Origin: the human T2T-CHM13v2.0 reference genome, Homo sapiens
Length of the DNA stretch: 64,000 nt
NCBI RefSeq assembly: GCF_009914755.1
Contig: NC_060931.1
Strand: one strand, 5' to 3'
This document shows, in pieces, positions 1-15,445 of this stretch. Both the position numbers and the translations under genes were made by a program. Under the pieces are notes generated by a model. The model was not told the origin of the DNA and did no database searches. It saw nothing but the letters and a program-made list of their open reading frames with translations. Numbering within the stretch: position 1 is the first letter of the stretch; each line of letters starts with the position of its first letter.

Positions 1-754
1 TATTTTCAAACATTGTCTATGACAGAACACAGTAATTTTGAGAGCTGGGAACTCACCAGGAGAACTCTATGATTTCCCTCACTTACTGATGTGAAAGACT
101 TTCCAGATCAGTGCACAAGGAAGGAAAATCCAGCTGGAGCCTGACGGTGTTCCTCAGTTATAGAGAAACTGAGAGATGGAAGGGAGTTTAGGCAGCTGGA
201 ATTTGCAGGGAAGAGTTCCAGAATGGGGGAGTCTGGAGACCCATAGAGGATTTCAGTTGAATCTTCAGTTGAGTATTTATCAGTGTACATTTGAGAAGAA
301 ACTCTGAGTCTGAGTAAAAAGAAAACTACATGAAAGGATTAGAGAAAGCAATCCTCAAAACATGAACAGAATCAGCAATAATGTTTGTTCCCATCAGCCA
401 GAATGGAAAATAACTCATAATTCGAGGATTTGGGTGCAGTATTGCATCAATAGTGAGTAAAATTAGCTCTAGAATAAAGGCTCCTCCAATTATGTGTAAC
501 AAATTTAAAAGCAAGACTCCAAAAGACCAAACTCTTCCCATGTAACTTAACTGCTTCTTAGAGTAAAGTTCAAGGATATTAATAGGATTACAAAAATATC
601 TAGCCTTCAACAAGGTAATATTCACAATTTAAAAATTGTCAGGCATGCAATGAAGGAGGAAAATGCAACTCGTATGAACAGAAAAATCAATCAAAACAAA
701 CTGGAAAGTGATGCAGATGAAAGCGCAGACAAGGACTTTAAAAATATATAACTA

Positions 755-1071
<317 letters not shown>

Positions 1072-1261
1072 AAACTATGTTTTGTATGTTCAATAAGATG
1101 GAGAAAAATTTAGCATGTTAAGGGATGTGTAATATATCAAAAAACCTAAAATCAGCTTCTGGAGATAAAATCTGCAAAGTCTGGGATGAAAAGTTTACTG
1201 GAAGGGATTAACAGAAGACTAGGTACTGTAGAAAGATTAGTAAACTTGAAGGCATAGCAAA

Positions 1262-1856
1262 TGATGGGGTTCAAAACACACTACCCCAAAATATGACACC
1301 TTGGCATATGGAGTATTGTAAGCTGAAGGAGGCTGAGAAAACCTCAGAAGCAGGAAGTTCTCTCTGACCTTCTCCTACCTTTCTCCCCTGAAGCACGTAA
1401 TAAAGGCTAGAAAGAATCCTCTGACCTTCTGTCCCAATGCAGGTCATAAAACTTAGAAATAATATTCTCACCTTTCCTTGGAGGATATTATAAGACCCTC
1501 ATATGAGAGGTACCCTCCCTGTACCCAAAGGCAAGGAAGGCCCTTCTCTTTGAAGACATAGGGACATAGAGAATAATCAGAACAAATAAGCCTCGCTAAA
1601 TTTCCCCCAGTTCATCATCATTAGATCATACCCTCTTTGTCTAATTCTGCTTCTCAATGGCTATCCATTTCTTCATCAAACTTAGCATAAAAATACGTTT
1701 CCCTGTTTCTTTGGGTCTTCATTACTGAAGGCTCTCATGTCACATAAAATTTATTAAATTTGTATGCTTTTGTCTTATTAATATGTCTTTATCGGTTTTA
1801 TTGTTAAAGCTGGTCAGGGACTCTAAGAAGGTCAAGGAAAATCTGCTTCCCCTACA
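1262..1856 (+). mobile_element. Solo ERV1 LTR, MER39/MER34-like
   Basis: TG...CA ends (TGATGGGGTTCAAAACACACTACCCCAAAATATG...CCCCTACA); 4-bp TSD CAAA/CAAT; the host L1 resumes after it. Confidence 0.8.
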
Positions 1857-2447
1857 CAATTAAAATATCCAAAATGACAGAATGCAGAAGAGAAATGACT
1901 GACAAAAAGGCGCATCAATAAGCTTTGGAACAACTTCAAGTTACTCAATACATGTATAATTTGAGTCTATAAACTATAGAAGTGAAAAGGACATAAAAAT
2001 ATTTAAGGAAATGACTTAAAAATTTCCAAAATTCATAAAAATTATAAACCTACAGATGCAAGAAGTGAAATGAACTCAAAGAACAAGAAACAAGACCAGG
2101 AAAACTACATCAGGACATATAATAAACAAATTGTTTAAAACAAGTAATGAATTGAGCACATTAAAAGCAGTCAAAGGAAAAAAGATATGTTACAAATGGA
2201 GGAACAAAGACAAGGATGACAACCCATTTCTCATCTGAAACAATGCAAGCAAGAAGACAAGTAAGCAGTATCTTTAAGTACTTAAAGAACAAATCGGGTC
2301 AACATATAAACTTTCTGCAACAAAGAAAACCTGAAACAATTCAATAGCAGTGGACCTGCACTAAAAGAAATAGTAAAAAAAAATCCTTCAGACAGAAGCA
2401 GAGTGATAACAAATGAGATCTGTACCTAGAAAGAGGAATGAAGAATA

Positions 2448-2834
2448 TAGTCATCTTTCAGTATTCATGAGGGACTGGTTCTAGGATCCCTGTTGGATAC
2501 CAAAGTCCACAGATGCTCAAGTCCCTTGTATAAAATGGCATACTATTTGCATATAACCTACGAAAATTTTCTGTATACTTTAAATTATCTCTAGATTACT
2601 TATAATACCTAATGTAATAGAAATGCTGTGTAAATAGTTGTTATACTCTATTTTTTAGGGAATAATGACAAAAAAGTCTGTAAGTGCTCAGTATAGATAC
2701 AGCCATTGTAGGCCTAACTACATAGTACAGGTCAGCAACAGTGTTAACATTTTCTGAAATTTTTAAAAAGTATGTTTGGACTACAGTTAGTTAAATCTAT
2801 AGACACAGAATCTGCAAATACAGAGGGCTGACTA
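2448..2834 (+). mobile_element. MER2 (TcMar-Tigger) DNA transposon fossil
   Basis: Matches recalled MER2 consensus (GGATACCAAA..CCACAGATGCTCAAGTCCC..ATAAAATGGC..GCATATAACCTAC; ends GAGGGCTGACT). Confidence 0.85.
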
Positions 2835-4645
2835 GAAATAAAATATATGCATATAAATATAAATTAATTTTAACTTATATTTTATCTCTTTAAAAGTAAA
2901 TCAAGTATCTCAAGTAAAAATATAACAACATATTCAGGGGTTTGTAATATATGTAGAAATCAAATATATGACAACAATAGAACAAAATCTAGTGAGGGGG
3001 AAGTATACTGTTTTAAGGTTTGTATCTGTACATTAAGTGGTATAATATTACTCAAATGTAGATTGTGGTAAGTTAAACAAGTATACTATGAGCCTTAAAG
3101 CAACATTAATAACAAAATAGAACAAAACAAATAACTTTAGCTAAAATTCTTACAAAGGAGATAAAATGGAACCTTAAAAAAATAATTTATACAACGAGTT
3201 AGAAAAAAGAATGGAATAAGGAACATGGGGGAAATTAAGAACTAACGAGCGAGATGATACATTTATATTCAGTTCAATAATTACATCAAATGTAAATTAT
3301 GTAAACATTCTAGTTTAAAGGCAAATATTGCTGATTTAGATAAAAAAGCAAGCAAGAAAATATGGTGCTTATATGAAATACACTTACATATGAAGACATA
3401 AATAGGTTAAAAGTAAAAGGATAGGAAAAAATACCATAAAAGTAGTCAGCAGAAAGCTGGATTGGCTATATTAATATCAAAGTAGGTGTCAGGGCAGAGG
3501 ATGTTACCAGGGATAAGAAAGTTGTTTCATAATAATAAAGGGGTGAATTTATCAAGTGGCATTAACAATCCTAAATATTTATGCACTTAATGATAGGCCC
3601 TTAAAAATAGATGAAGCAAAAACAGAATTGAAAGAACTATGCAAACCCACAATTGTAGTTGGAAATTAACACCTACTTTAAGTAATGTATTGAATAAATA
3701 GATACAAATAGAATAAAAAGACACTATCAATCAGCTTTATCTAATTGATATTGATAGAACACCGCACCCAACAGCAGAATACACATTCTTTTCAAGAGCA
3801 CATGGACATTTTACAAAGATATATATTATTGTTTGCTGTAAAATAAAATGCCAATAAATTAAAAAGAATCAACAAGTATGTCCACTGAACATAATGAAAT
3901 TGAATTAGAAATCAATACCATAAAAATCACTCTAATATTTGGGAACTACAAATCATACTTCTTAATATCCCATAGGTCAGAAAAGAAAGAAGGGAAATTA
4001 GAAAAATATTTTAAACCAAATCAAAATGAAAAAGCAACATGGTAAAATTTCAAGGATGCAGCAGACACAGTGCGTAGAAGTAAACCTGTAGCAGAGAAAG
4101 CCTATATTAGAAAAAGAAGAAACTTCTGAAGTCAGAGTTTCATATTTAAGGAAGGAAGAAAAGCAACTCAAACTCAAATGTAGGCAGAAGAAAGGAAATA
4201 ATAAAAATAATTGCAGAAATCCATAGAACACAAAACAAATATAATGGAGAAAATTAATAAAATCAAAAGCTGGTTCTTTGAGAAGGACAATAAAAGCAAT
4301 AGAGTCAGACTGATGAGAAAAAAAAGGAAAAAACAGAAATTACCACTATTTGGAGGAGAAGTGACACCACTAGAGTTTCTATACACATTTAAAAAACATA
4401 GCAAGAGAAAATATTATTTTGGTAACTATGTTATTAATTTAGATGACTTAAATGAACTAGACAAAAACCTTGAAAGATGCAACCAAGAAAGCTCATTCAA
4501 GGAGAAACAGATAGCCTAAATAGTCTTATATCTATTAAAAAATTAAATTTTATTTTTACTTTCAAAAGTTTCCTTGAGCCCCACCTCCTTCTTTGTGGTA
4601 ACAACACTTAGCATAAGATCTACATTCTTAGCAAATTTTTAAGTA

Positions 4646-4780
4646 CTGTAGTCTCCCTTTATCTGCAGTTTCAGTTATCTATGGGTTAACTTTGGTTCAA
4701 AAATATTAAATGGAAAATTTCAGAAGCAAACAAAAATTAATACCTTTTAACTGTATGCCATTCTTAGCATGATGAAATTC
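4646..4780 (+). mobile_element. MER44/Tigger7 5' fragment
   Basis: GTAGTCTCCCTTTATCTGCAGTTTCAGTTA...AAAAATATTAAATGGAAAATTTCAGAA resembles the MER44 terminus. Confidence 0.7.
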
Positions 4781-5152
4781 ATATGCAAATAAACCAATAA
4801 ACTCCAGAATACAGTATTCCACTGCCCTAATCACCCCAGGGCCAGGTACTAGGTAACTAAGGACAGCCCTAAACCCTAGAGCCCACTGAAATTATTCAAA
4901 CTAGCCAAGCCTCACTCACCTTGCCATGCCTATCCCAGGGAAACCACACAAAAAAAGCATCATCCATGCTTTTCCCTCATTCCTTCTGCCTCCAGACTGA
5001 CCCGGGTACCTCCCCAAGTGACCCAGCATGGCATGCCCCTTCCTTGGGAACTGTATGTAAGTTACTATCTATCTTTCCAATGGCAGTTCTCACCTGATCT
5101 GTTGGCCTCACTACACCTAATAAAAACAAAATCACAGCCACATTTTAAAATA
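4781..5152 (+). mobile_element. MER74-like ERVL LTR (3' part)
   Basis: CCCTAATCACCCCAGGGCCAGGTAC...GAAATTATTCAAACTAGCCAA...CTGATCTGTTGGCCTCAC...CATTTTAAAA. Confidence 0.7.
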
Positions 5153-5311
5153 GCACCATTTACTAGGTGTAAGTTATATCTCAATACATTTATGAAAAGA
5201 AAAATACAGTAATTTAAAAACTGAAAGGCCCCTTTAAGAATCTTTATAATTTTTGTTTCCGTTTTCTTCTTCCCTCAGAGAGAATCCTTGTTTCTTCTTC
5301 AGGCTTTAGAG

Positions 5312-5516
5312 CAGAGTTCCTGATAGAACTTTCTGCAATTGTGGAAAAATTTTATATCTGTGCTTTTCAATATGCTAGCGACTTGCTACTTGTGACTGAT
5401 GAGCAGTTGAAATGTGGTCATTTGAGGAACTCAATTGTTAGTTTAATTCAATTTCTACCAGTTTTAATTCAAATTTAGTCACATGTGACCAGTAGCTACT
5501 GTATTGGACTGTGTAG
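5312..5516. mobile_element. MER3 (hAT-Charlie) MITE
   Basis: ATAGAACTTTCTGCAA...GTAGCTACTGTATTGGAC; 8-bp hAT-type TSD CTTTAGAG/CTCTAGAG. Confidence 0.8.
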
Positions 5517-6459
5517 CTCTAGAGGTTGTTGATGTGATCTCCCCCAGAGCAAATATTCTCTTATTTTAGTAGATAGGAAATGGATTTGATCCAGTAAGGA
5601 ATTAAATTGATTAATTGATTTGAGGCTGCATTTCTGTTTTGTAAGGCTCTATTTTGATTTGCTCTTACTCCTGGAGTATAGATCCTCACAGATCTCAGTT
5701 AAATTGTTAGTGGGACCAAACTCTATTTTTGTCTTAGTAGCCTATAATACTACTTTTGTTTGTTTCTTGCCCCATGCAATTTAAGAGTCAACAAATGCTT
5801 TGAGGGAAACAGTGGCACAAGGTTTCAAGCTCACTTTTCTGTGATTTTTCTTGGCTCCTTGATCTTGGCCCCTCAAGTTCTGGCTGTCATAATTATTCTC
5901 CAAAAACTTCAAAGAGCTGATGTTTGTAGCTTATCCAGTTTACATAGTTATTCTCAGCATGAAGATTAATTGATGCAAGCTCCATTACCATAGCAAGATG
6001 TGGAGATCCTCATAGGATTCGTCTGTAAAATATTACATATAAAGTGGCTATTTCGCTGACAATATATGTTTCCTCTTCTCTTTTCTTAACTTAGAATTAG
6101 CAGTAGGTCCTAATGTAATAGTAAAATTTGATTTTTGTAAACTTAGGAAGTCTAAGTAGTAAAATTTAAATTTCAGTAACTTCTCAGTGCCCTTTTTCCT
6201 GCTCAAGTTGTCTTTTAGTCGATTTATTAGGTGCTTGTAGTTTATCAAATCACCTCTCAGGATTTACTCCTTGCTCGTGATGTCTCTAGAGCTACCCTTC
6301 CCTCGCTTCAAAACTCAGTAGTGTCTGTCCCATATTCTCAATTCCAGTTCCTTTACTCTATGCTCTGAAAGCTTACCAAGCCCCTCCATTAAAGCAGAGT
6401 TAGCCATTAAGTGTCCTCCAGTCTCTACATGCTAGTGCCTTTCTGCATCTTCATTTTCC

Positions 6460-6990
6460 ATGCTCCGTGTGAAGTGACTTTCTGAAATCCAGGCCTTGTG
6501 CTGTCACTTTACTGCTTTATACCTCTCAGTCATTCCCCATTACCCATAGGAAAAAGCTCAAACTCCTTGACATGGTGCATAAGACCTTTCATGTGCCAGT
6601 CACAGGTGACCTTTCCGGCTGCATTTTTAGCTTGACTTTCACATGCATCAAAAAGTTCAGTTTTTCCAGATGTTTTCAAGGAAATGGAGTTTTAATTTTT
6701 TTTCCCAGAACATATTATATCTGTCACATTCTTCTATTTTTGTCATTTGCTACTCTTTCTCTTAAATGCTCTTTCTTCCTCCTTTCCCAGAAGAAATTCC
6801 ACTCACCCTTCACGGTCCGTGGAAGCATCATCTGCGTTGTGAGACCTTCCTTCTGATGTTTTTCTGCAGCTGGTCTGTTAGGTCCTGAGGCTTACGCTGT
6901 TTTCTTGTTCATTGTGTGTAATTTTCTTATATCCCCTTAGCACAGCCTTGACAAGTAGTAATTGCTTTACAAGTGTTTGTTTTATATAAC
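6460..6990 (+). mobile_element. L2 LINE fragment
   Basis: Degenerate L2 3' motifs (AAACTCCTTGACATGG..ATAAGACC, AGACCTTCC..TGA). Boundaries approximate. Confidence 0.55.
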
Positions 6991-8139
6991 TGAATTGCAG
7001 TGAATAGCGGGGCTTAGCCTGAGCTTCAGCTGATTCTTTAGACAGAAAACTAAGTATTTCAAGCCCTGCGTGTAAATCCCAGGTGAGGCTATTTTGGTCA
7101 GGTGAATGTTTTAGCACTTGTCAGCTCATAGCGTGGAGGTAGCGGCCAGCTTTCCCTCACATCTTGCGCCAATCCTGGATATCATAAATGATATTGTCAT
7201 TTTTAAGCCCAACAAAGTTTTTTTTATACTCCCTTCAAAGGAACTAAGTTTTATACAGTTACATGTGGGAAAAGGCTGTATGTAAATACTAATGTCTTAT
7301 AATTTGAGCCATAAGCTACATATGTACCTTGAAATTTACTTCTGAATTGTTATCACAGTATGTTACAGAGTAGCTCCATGATTCCTTAATAAATTAGCTG
7401 ACTCTCAGCTTAGGGGAGTAAATTTTCTTGAATAATTGAGGTCAGAGGTATTTGGGTTACTTCTTAGATGAAGGTTATTTTCTAGCTTATGCTCTGAAGG
7501 TCTAAACTACAATGTAACTTTGCAAAACAGGCACTGCTTGTGCGTGAAGCAGTGGAAAGATGAGGTCTTAGTACACATCATGTAAGGTTTTTTAAATATA
7601 CACTGTGCTATAAAATAAGAAAAAATAAGTGAAAACACTTTTAGGGTACACCCTAGGACATCTAAATAATGTTGGAATGGAAAAAAATAAAATACATTCA
7701 GTTATACTTGGGAGAGTTATAGAAAGAAAATAGACCGTCTCCTAGTTGAAAATTTGATGTCCCCTTGAAAAACTGCAGGTATTTATGTTGCTGTCTGCAG
7801 TTGGAACAGGACTAGTGTTTCCACTGTAGGAATGGATGGATGCAGCAACATGGACAGAGGCTCCGTTAAGTCATAGAAATTTGAGGGGAGTATAATCCCA
7901 CGAGGGAAGCCACTGAGAACAATTCAGCTCCAAATCAGGAGGTAAACCAGGGCCAGGTAGGGGGAGTGACAGTGGATCTCTGAGGCATAGGCAAGGTGTT
8001 CTCTTCCTAGCTCCTAATACTGGAGAAAGCAACAGAGAATTTTTTCCAATGGATACCTTACTCCATAAAGACAATCTCAAAAAGGAAGCTGCTCAGATCT
8101 GTTCTATACTAGACTCAAGCAGAGAATTTCTGGAGCTGG

Positions 8140-8689
8140 TGATACCAATGGGCTGGGGTAGGTCCCCCAATGCTGTTGGTGGGAACTCCACCCCCAGCCA
8201 GTATCCAGGCTCTTGACACCATTGTGAGAAGGAATTTAAAGATGAGTCAGAACATAGTGAAAGCATGGAGATTTATTGCAAAGTGGAAAGTACACACTCA
8301 AGAAAGGGGAGCGTGGGCGTACTTGAGAGAGTTGAGCGAGAGGGTTTGGGGGTGCTACCTTTATGAATTTCTTCAACCAAGGGGTGGAATAATTCCTGAA
8401 AAAAGGTAGAGAGTTCTTGGAACTTTGGTGCCACCCATTTTTACACCTAATATGGATGTTCCCGGAACTGTCATGGTGCTGTTGGGTGTGTGATTTAGCG
8501 TGTTGAGCATATGACGAGGTCCTAAGTGAGACCTAGGTCAAATCCAGCGCCATATTAGGTGCAGTTGTTCTTACTGGTCTTGGTCGGCACCCTGTTTTTC
8601 AGGATCTTATCAGCCCATGGCCTTTAGTCACGTGAAACTGCCTGGAATGTTTTATTCTCCTGCGAACACCCTGTATTATTTCTGTCTTA
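8140..8689 (-). mobile_element. Solo ERV1 LTR, MER66-like
   Basis: Exact 4-bp TSD CTGG (8136-8139 / 8690-8693); AATAAA on the minus strand at ~8273; minus-strand start resembles T(G/A)AGACAGAAATAATACAGGGTG. Confidence 0.8.
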
Positions 8690-9008
8690 CTGGGATGCTC
8701 CCTTCCTCCCTAACTCAGTACCTCTGCTCACCCAGGAGCACGTACAGCTAGTGTCTTCCTGTGTAAGAAGTGGGAATTTGGATGGATAAATTCTGTGTTC
8801 CCAAAACTAGGTAGAAGGAACAAAATAAAATATAGGGCTGTATACTAAATGGGAAAGGCTTTATATTTACTGCAAAAACAGCATTTGTACATTGTAACAT
8901 ATAAGCCACTGATCAGCAAATGTATAATATCAAGGTGAAAAGGAGAGGCTCAATGAAATCTTAATTTGGATAGGAATTAGGTGATTGGGAGCATTCAGAG
9001 GATCCCAA

Positions 9009-9012
<4 letters not shown>

Positions 9013-9042
<30 letters not shown>
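9013..9042. repeat. Poly(T)30 homopolymer
   Basis: Read directly. Confidence 0.95.
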
Positions 9043-9047
<5 letters not shown>

Positions 9048-9309
9048 AATTAGCACCTAAACTCTCACTTCCACACCAAGAAACTGCGATAATTCTTCTT
9101 GGGAAGTGAGAATCTCTATTACCCACCTCCCATTGAGACTCACTAGTGTTGTTTTCGATGATTTCTTAATTTAGTGGAGAGTTAATATATATGACTCTCT
9201 GTTGAGACATACCACGTGATAAACAATCATGTAAAATAGTCTCATGCACAGAATCATATTATATTCTCGTGATGTCTTCACAACATTGCACAGATGATGC
9301 TAAACGTAC

Positions 9310-9531
9310 CAGTTTGGACTTTGTACTTTGAATTTGGCACTGGAAGGTGAAACACTATCTCTTTCAGCCTTTTTGACTTCCTTTGAGCTTCTTTTCTCTG
9401 AGATTCACTGAACTCAAGTATCTGATAAAATGGCACCATCGTCCCAATTTTCAGTTTTAGAAAGAGGACACATTTCACTATCAGTGCCAGCCTGTGCCAC
9501 ATTCCATCCATCAGGACTCAGATAGCCAGGG
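9310..9531 (-). pseudogene. Candidate relic exon (222 nt, multiple of 3) of a decayed minus-strand gene
   Basis: Acceptor CATTTTCCTATAG| and donor CTG|GTACGT; phase-1 frame has one stop, phase-2 frame has two; non-repeat sequence. Confidence 0.45.
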
Positions 9532-11437
9532 CTATAGGAAAATGCTTTAAGATTTTCCATCCAGGACTTGCACAGCTTTAGAGGAAAGAAAAAAGAAATT
9601 AGCTCCTGACCTGTGCCTTGAGTGGTAATAGATATTTCTCCAATTCATCATATATTTTGGATTTGTTCCCATATATTATTTAATTTTTAAAATGTATGTT
9701 AGATGGCAAAAACTGTTAGAGCCCTAATATGTGTCAATATTGACAGTTGTCAGATGAGAAATTTTCTCATGGAAATAGACTTAGTCATTTAACATAAACC
9801 ATCACAGAGGAAAAATAAAAGTCAACAAGCTTTAAAACCTCCACCCCTAACAAATGTTATCCCAACAAATAATTTATTTTTCAGAGGACTAACATGACTT
9901 AAATTTATTTCATTATTTATTATATTAAGAAATACCTACTAAAAGATATAAAAAGACTGTCTAAGCTTCTCTAAGCCTTTGTAGAGAGCTGACTTTTTGA
10001 GGTGCCAACATTCCATACTTGCTGATCAAATGAAAAGCAACATGAAATGACACTCTATCTATAGCACATTTTTCATTCATTGCACAGAGCTGGGCTGAGG
10101 CTTGTTTTAAAAAGTAGCAGATTTTTTTTTTAAGAAGTGTATTTGTCTTTATGTGGTGACAGATAGTCTTTGAAATTATAAAGTATGGAATAGCAGAATT
10201 GGCCATTTGAAATCAGGAAATATAAATTTCCCCAAGTCAAATCTGAGAGACAGAGCTCACTCGAAGGTTCTTTAACATCATCACAGTACAGGCCTGCCAC
10301 TTTGAATTCTGTAGCTCAGCTAGGAGGGCTAATCAATTCCTAAAGGCAGAGGGTCCATCCAATCAGCATTTCTTACTTTGATTGGGGTGTCAGGTGTATT
10401 AACATACGCAATTGATCTATACCACAGTGTAAGGGCTATGCCACATTCATGTACTTTGCACCTCATAAACAAGGATTATACTCAGGTGAATGAGACAAAT
10501 TTTTCACTTTATAGCTGGGAGAAAAAGTTCGTAAAAGGAGCTCTTTGTGCTGTGGAAGTAGTCAGTCATTGCACTCCTGAGAGGATATCATTAATTACAG
10601 TTATGATAAAGGTGAATAAATAGAGCCATGCAGTTATAAAATATATTTTACTGGTTGACAAGGTAAAGAAAAATTGATAGATAATACAATGTGTTGACAA
10701 GTCTATGTGGAAACTAGCATTCTTATACAGATACCTGGTTACTAGGCACATAAAATGGTGACACATTTTTAGGGAGTCAATGTCAAAATAAAGTTATGAA
10801 GAGTAGATTGGAGTCAGCAATTCTACTTTTAGAAATTTATTATGCACGTATATTTGCAAGGACATGAGGACATGATATTCCTTGCAATACTGTTGAAGCA
10901 GAAAAGGCAAACTAGATGTTTAATCAATGTGGGACTGGCAAAATTAACTGTGATTTATCCAAACAATGGAATACCATCTACCGGTAAGATTATATAGCAG
11001 TATAAATGCTATGTTCCCTTTTGGGTAAAAATAGGAATATATATTTATACATCCCCCCACCCCCCGACACACACCATTCATGTAAAGTCCCTTATAAGCT
11101 TTTCTATGTATTATATCCAGGAAATATTTCTGGAAGGGTACATAGGAAACTGCTATACTGCTGCTTCTAGGAAGGGAAACTGAGGCCTGGAATGGGAAAG
11201 TGATACACTTTTTATTGTATTTATTATTTTATACAGTCAGAAAGTTTCTCTATGTCCATGAATTGTTTTTTATAGTTAGAAATATATATATTTCAGAAGT
11301 CAATTTTAAAATCCTATTTTTTTTGTCTTACATGTTACTGAAGATAAAATCTCCCAATAGGCTAATTGGACAAAAATTCCGGTTGTGGCCACCTCTTACT
11401 GTGTGAGAGGTTATGGCATTAAGAATGTTCAGGCCCT

Positions 11438-11746
<309 letters not shown>

Positions 11747-12034
11747 TCAGGTCTCACCTGTGCCTTTCCTTCCTGGTCTTCTAGACAAATAATAATAACA
11801 ATGTGGTTTGGCAGAAATGCATTTAGTTGTCATATACTTTCTGCCTAGAATTCTTCTTTTCTTTTGGAAATATCATCGTCTTTCTTTGGGAACCCCTCTT
11901 AACTCCCTCAACCACATATGTCCAGCAACAGTTGGCAGTTTTTACCTGATTAGGCTTCCTTGGCCAGGATTCCCAGTAAGGACAATAGAAAAGCCCACCC
12001 TTCACTGAGCTTGTAATTAGGTTGATATTAAGTT

Positions 12035-12035
<1 letters not shown>

Positions 12036-12076
<41 letters not shown>

Positions 12077-12082
12077 CACACA
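12036..12082. repeat. (CA)n microsatellite, ~23 units, one interruption
   Basis: Read directly. Confidence 0.97.
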
Positions 12083-12580
12083 TCAAGAACATTATTTTTC
12101 AAATTAGAAATAAGAATATTTTGAAAATGATTTAGGAATATACTTTTGTGTATGTTTGCACTGTAAATAGCACAAGATGCCAAACTCTGAGAATCGTATT
12201 TAGTGAGATTAAAAATTTAACATTTCTGTTTGAAATTTTGTTTAATTGTTTGGGTTTCTTTGAAAAGAAATTTTTCCATTAAAGATTCCAGAGATGCCAA
12301 GATGAAAAATATTGCTTTAACCACATTGGAGTAATACCAACAAGAATAAAAACAACAAAAAAGCTATGGGAATTATGTTACATATTTGCTTTTCTTTTTC
12401 ATCAAAGCAAATATATTTTGTATTATACTGTGACCTCATCCTGGGACAACCTCTGAGAACTCATTGATTCCTATTCGACAGTTTATTATTTGCTTTCATG
12501 TTGCCTGTAATATAAATGCACCCAGCATAAAAAGTTTTTAGGTACCCATTTAATATGATGGGTATAAACATTTTACTGAC

Positions 12581-12658
12581 CAGAACTACTGATATTTTCA
12601 CCCATAAGAAGTCTCCTTTTCAGTCTGAAAAGTTTTCACTGAAGTATTTTGATATGTT
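12581..12658 (-). pseudogene. Candidate relic exon (78 nt)
   Basis: AATTTAG|...CTG|GTCAGT; phase-1 frame HIKILQ*KLFRLKRRLLMGENISSS; weak acceptor. Confidence 0.25.
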
Positions 12659-13169
12659 CTAAATTAGCATTTTTTACAATAGCATTGATTAAAATAACAA
12701 CATGAAAACACCATGAATATCCAACAGTAGGAGACTGGTTTAAAAGTAGAGGAAAGGTCAAGTAGAGTTGGAATGTTTCTTTTGAGAAAAGGGCAAAACC
12801 TAGAAATGTTGGTAGGATCCGATTAGTTGTGGTAGAGGGCGAGTTCAAATGCATGATGATCGAAACCTAGGGTCTGATGTCTTGTCCAACACGGAGAGAT
12901 TGGAGGGTAAGTAAATAGACATACCAGCCAAGCTGGAATAGATATTCCCACCTGCAAAGTCCTGAATGATACTTTTGGAACTGTATGGTGGACCAAATTA
13001 TAAGAAGCCATAAATGACATGATGATGATAGCAGTGCTTAAGCAAAAGAAATCTGGTGGCTCAGTGAAAAATAAACTGAACTGGGGAGAAAGCTATTTAT
13101 ATAATGCAACCTGAGGGGTGACAGAAACAATGACAGAAACTCATGACCAATCAGTTATTGCAATCATTA

Positions 13170-13920
13170 ACAATTACTAATATTTATTTATTTGGTACTT
13201 AGTATGGGAACAATCCTTGGTGTTTCAGAGAAAAAGTATCATTTCATTTCATTCTCATAATAACCATGAGGAAACTCTTATTACCCCTGTTTATGCAGGG
13301 AAGAAAAGAGAGGTTCAAAGAATTTAAGCAGCTTGTCCAAAGTACCCAGGTGGTAAGCAGTGGAGTCAGCATTTTACACTAGACTTTATAGCGCCACCAT
13401 GCTGTGCTGCTTAACGGGGTTTGACGTCTTGACTCCTTCCTTATCCTGTGTCTCTGACCCACCCTTACCACTTTTGTCCTTCTCAACTCTCCTCTAACCA
13501 GGCTGCCCTCTTTGCTGTTCCTAAACAAGCCCCTTCCCACCCCAGCCTTCATTGCTCTTCTTCTTCCTGAGTCCCAATTCCTGAGTGAGCCAGCTGGCTT
13601 TTCCCTCACTTTCTTTGAGAACTTGCTCAAGCACCTTGTCAGTGAGGAATCCTGTGCCCTTCCTTTGTAAGTCAGTTTCCCAACTGTCCTAATATCTTTA
13701 TCATTCTCTATTTTTCACCATAGAATGTATCTAACATGACGAACTATGTATTTACTCAATACTTGTTGACTGTCTTCCACGTCCCCCATTAGAATATAAT
13801 ATCCTCGAGGGTAGGAGATTGCCTGATATTGTCTGTTTTTTTCACCCCTTTACTTATTTCAACAGCAGGCACAAAGTGGACATTTAGAAAATATTCGTTG
13901 AATAGATGAATGAAGGGAAC
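13170..13920. mobile_element. MIR followed by an L2 3' fragment
   Basis: MIR core (AGAGGTT..AAGCAGCTTGTCCAAAGT..CAGGTGGTAAG) then L2 3' end (GTTGAATAGATGAATGAA). Confidence 0.65.
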
Positions 13921-15041
13921 ACACAAAACATTGTTAGAAATTTGGTTTAAGGACTTGTCCCTAAGCCAGCAAACCTATATCCTTTGCTAGACAGTCAGTC
14001 AGCCCATGATGGTGTAGATCGTATCTCTTCAGCTTTATATTCTCAATGTCTAGCACAGTGCAAAATAGAATTATGTACTCTATTAAAACTCGTGTCTCAA
14101 GCATGGTAGGTATCCACGCTAGACATGGATGGAAACTTTGCCTCCACCCACCTCAGATGGTGGCCCACTTGGAGTTTTCATTTTTCTGCCTGCTCACTCC
14201 TTTCTATTTGATGGCCAAAACTTGGATCTATGGGCTCCTGAGTCACTCATTTATTTACTGAATGCATCTCTACTTCTCTCCTTTCTCAGGGCTGTTTTTG
14301 TCTGCACCGTTTATTTGACATTTCTTATTTACTATTTTATCTTTAATTTTGTGTGCATTCATATCTTTTCTGTCCAACTTGATGTTTTAGTGATTTGTAT
14401 CTCTCTGATATTACTTTGTATCATTTATAGAAGGATGTGCCTGAATTAGTAAATGAATGAATGAATTTGATGGTGAAAAACATTTTATGACAGGGAGTGA
14501 GAAAGAAGATAAAACAACCATGCCTAATGATTAGGTAGACAGAGTTAGCCACCTGAAGATTTAATTAACTTAAATAGAACTTACTTAATAGACTACTTAC
14601 TGCAATCCCCCAAATACCTCTGGAACAGAGGCAGAGGTGAAATTTATAGCATCCTCTGAAAGCAGAATGTGAACGAGAAAACTCTCATAAGATTTTTTTT
14701 CTAAGTTTGAGTTAGTTCGTTCCTTTTTTAATTTGACTAGTTTTCATTGAGAAAGAAATTTTAAACAAAAAAAAACTCCTCAAATATAAAAATCACACAG
14801 AATATTTTAAGTACATTACTTATTAATGTGTGTTTTAGGCAGTGTTCCCTTTTTATGTTTATGAAATTTTATGCTTGCTTTTCTGTTTCAGTATACATAA
14901 TACTAAGGGGTAGGAACGCTATTTGCAATGACTGGTTGCCTGAAGCAATGCTAACCTCATTTCTGTATATTCTATAGAAGGGAATGACTGTGGATGTTAA
15001 GAAGCTCAGAAAAGGAGGGTTCTTGGAGAAATGAGGTATGT

Positions 15042-15445
<404 letters not shown>

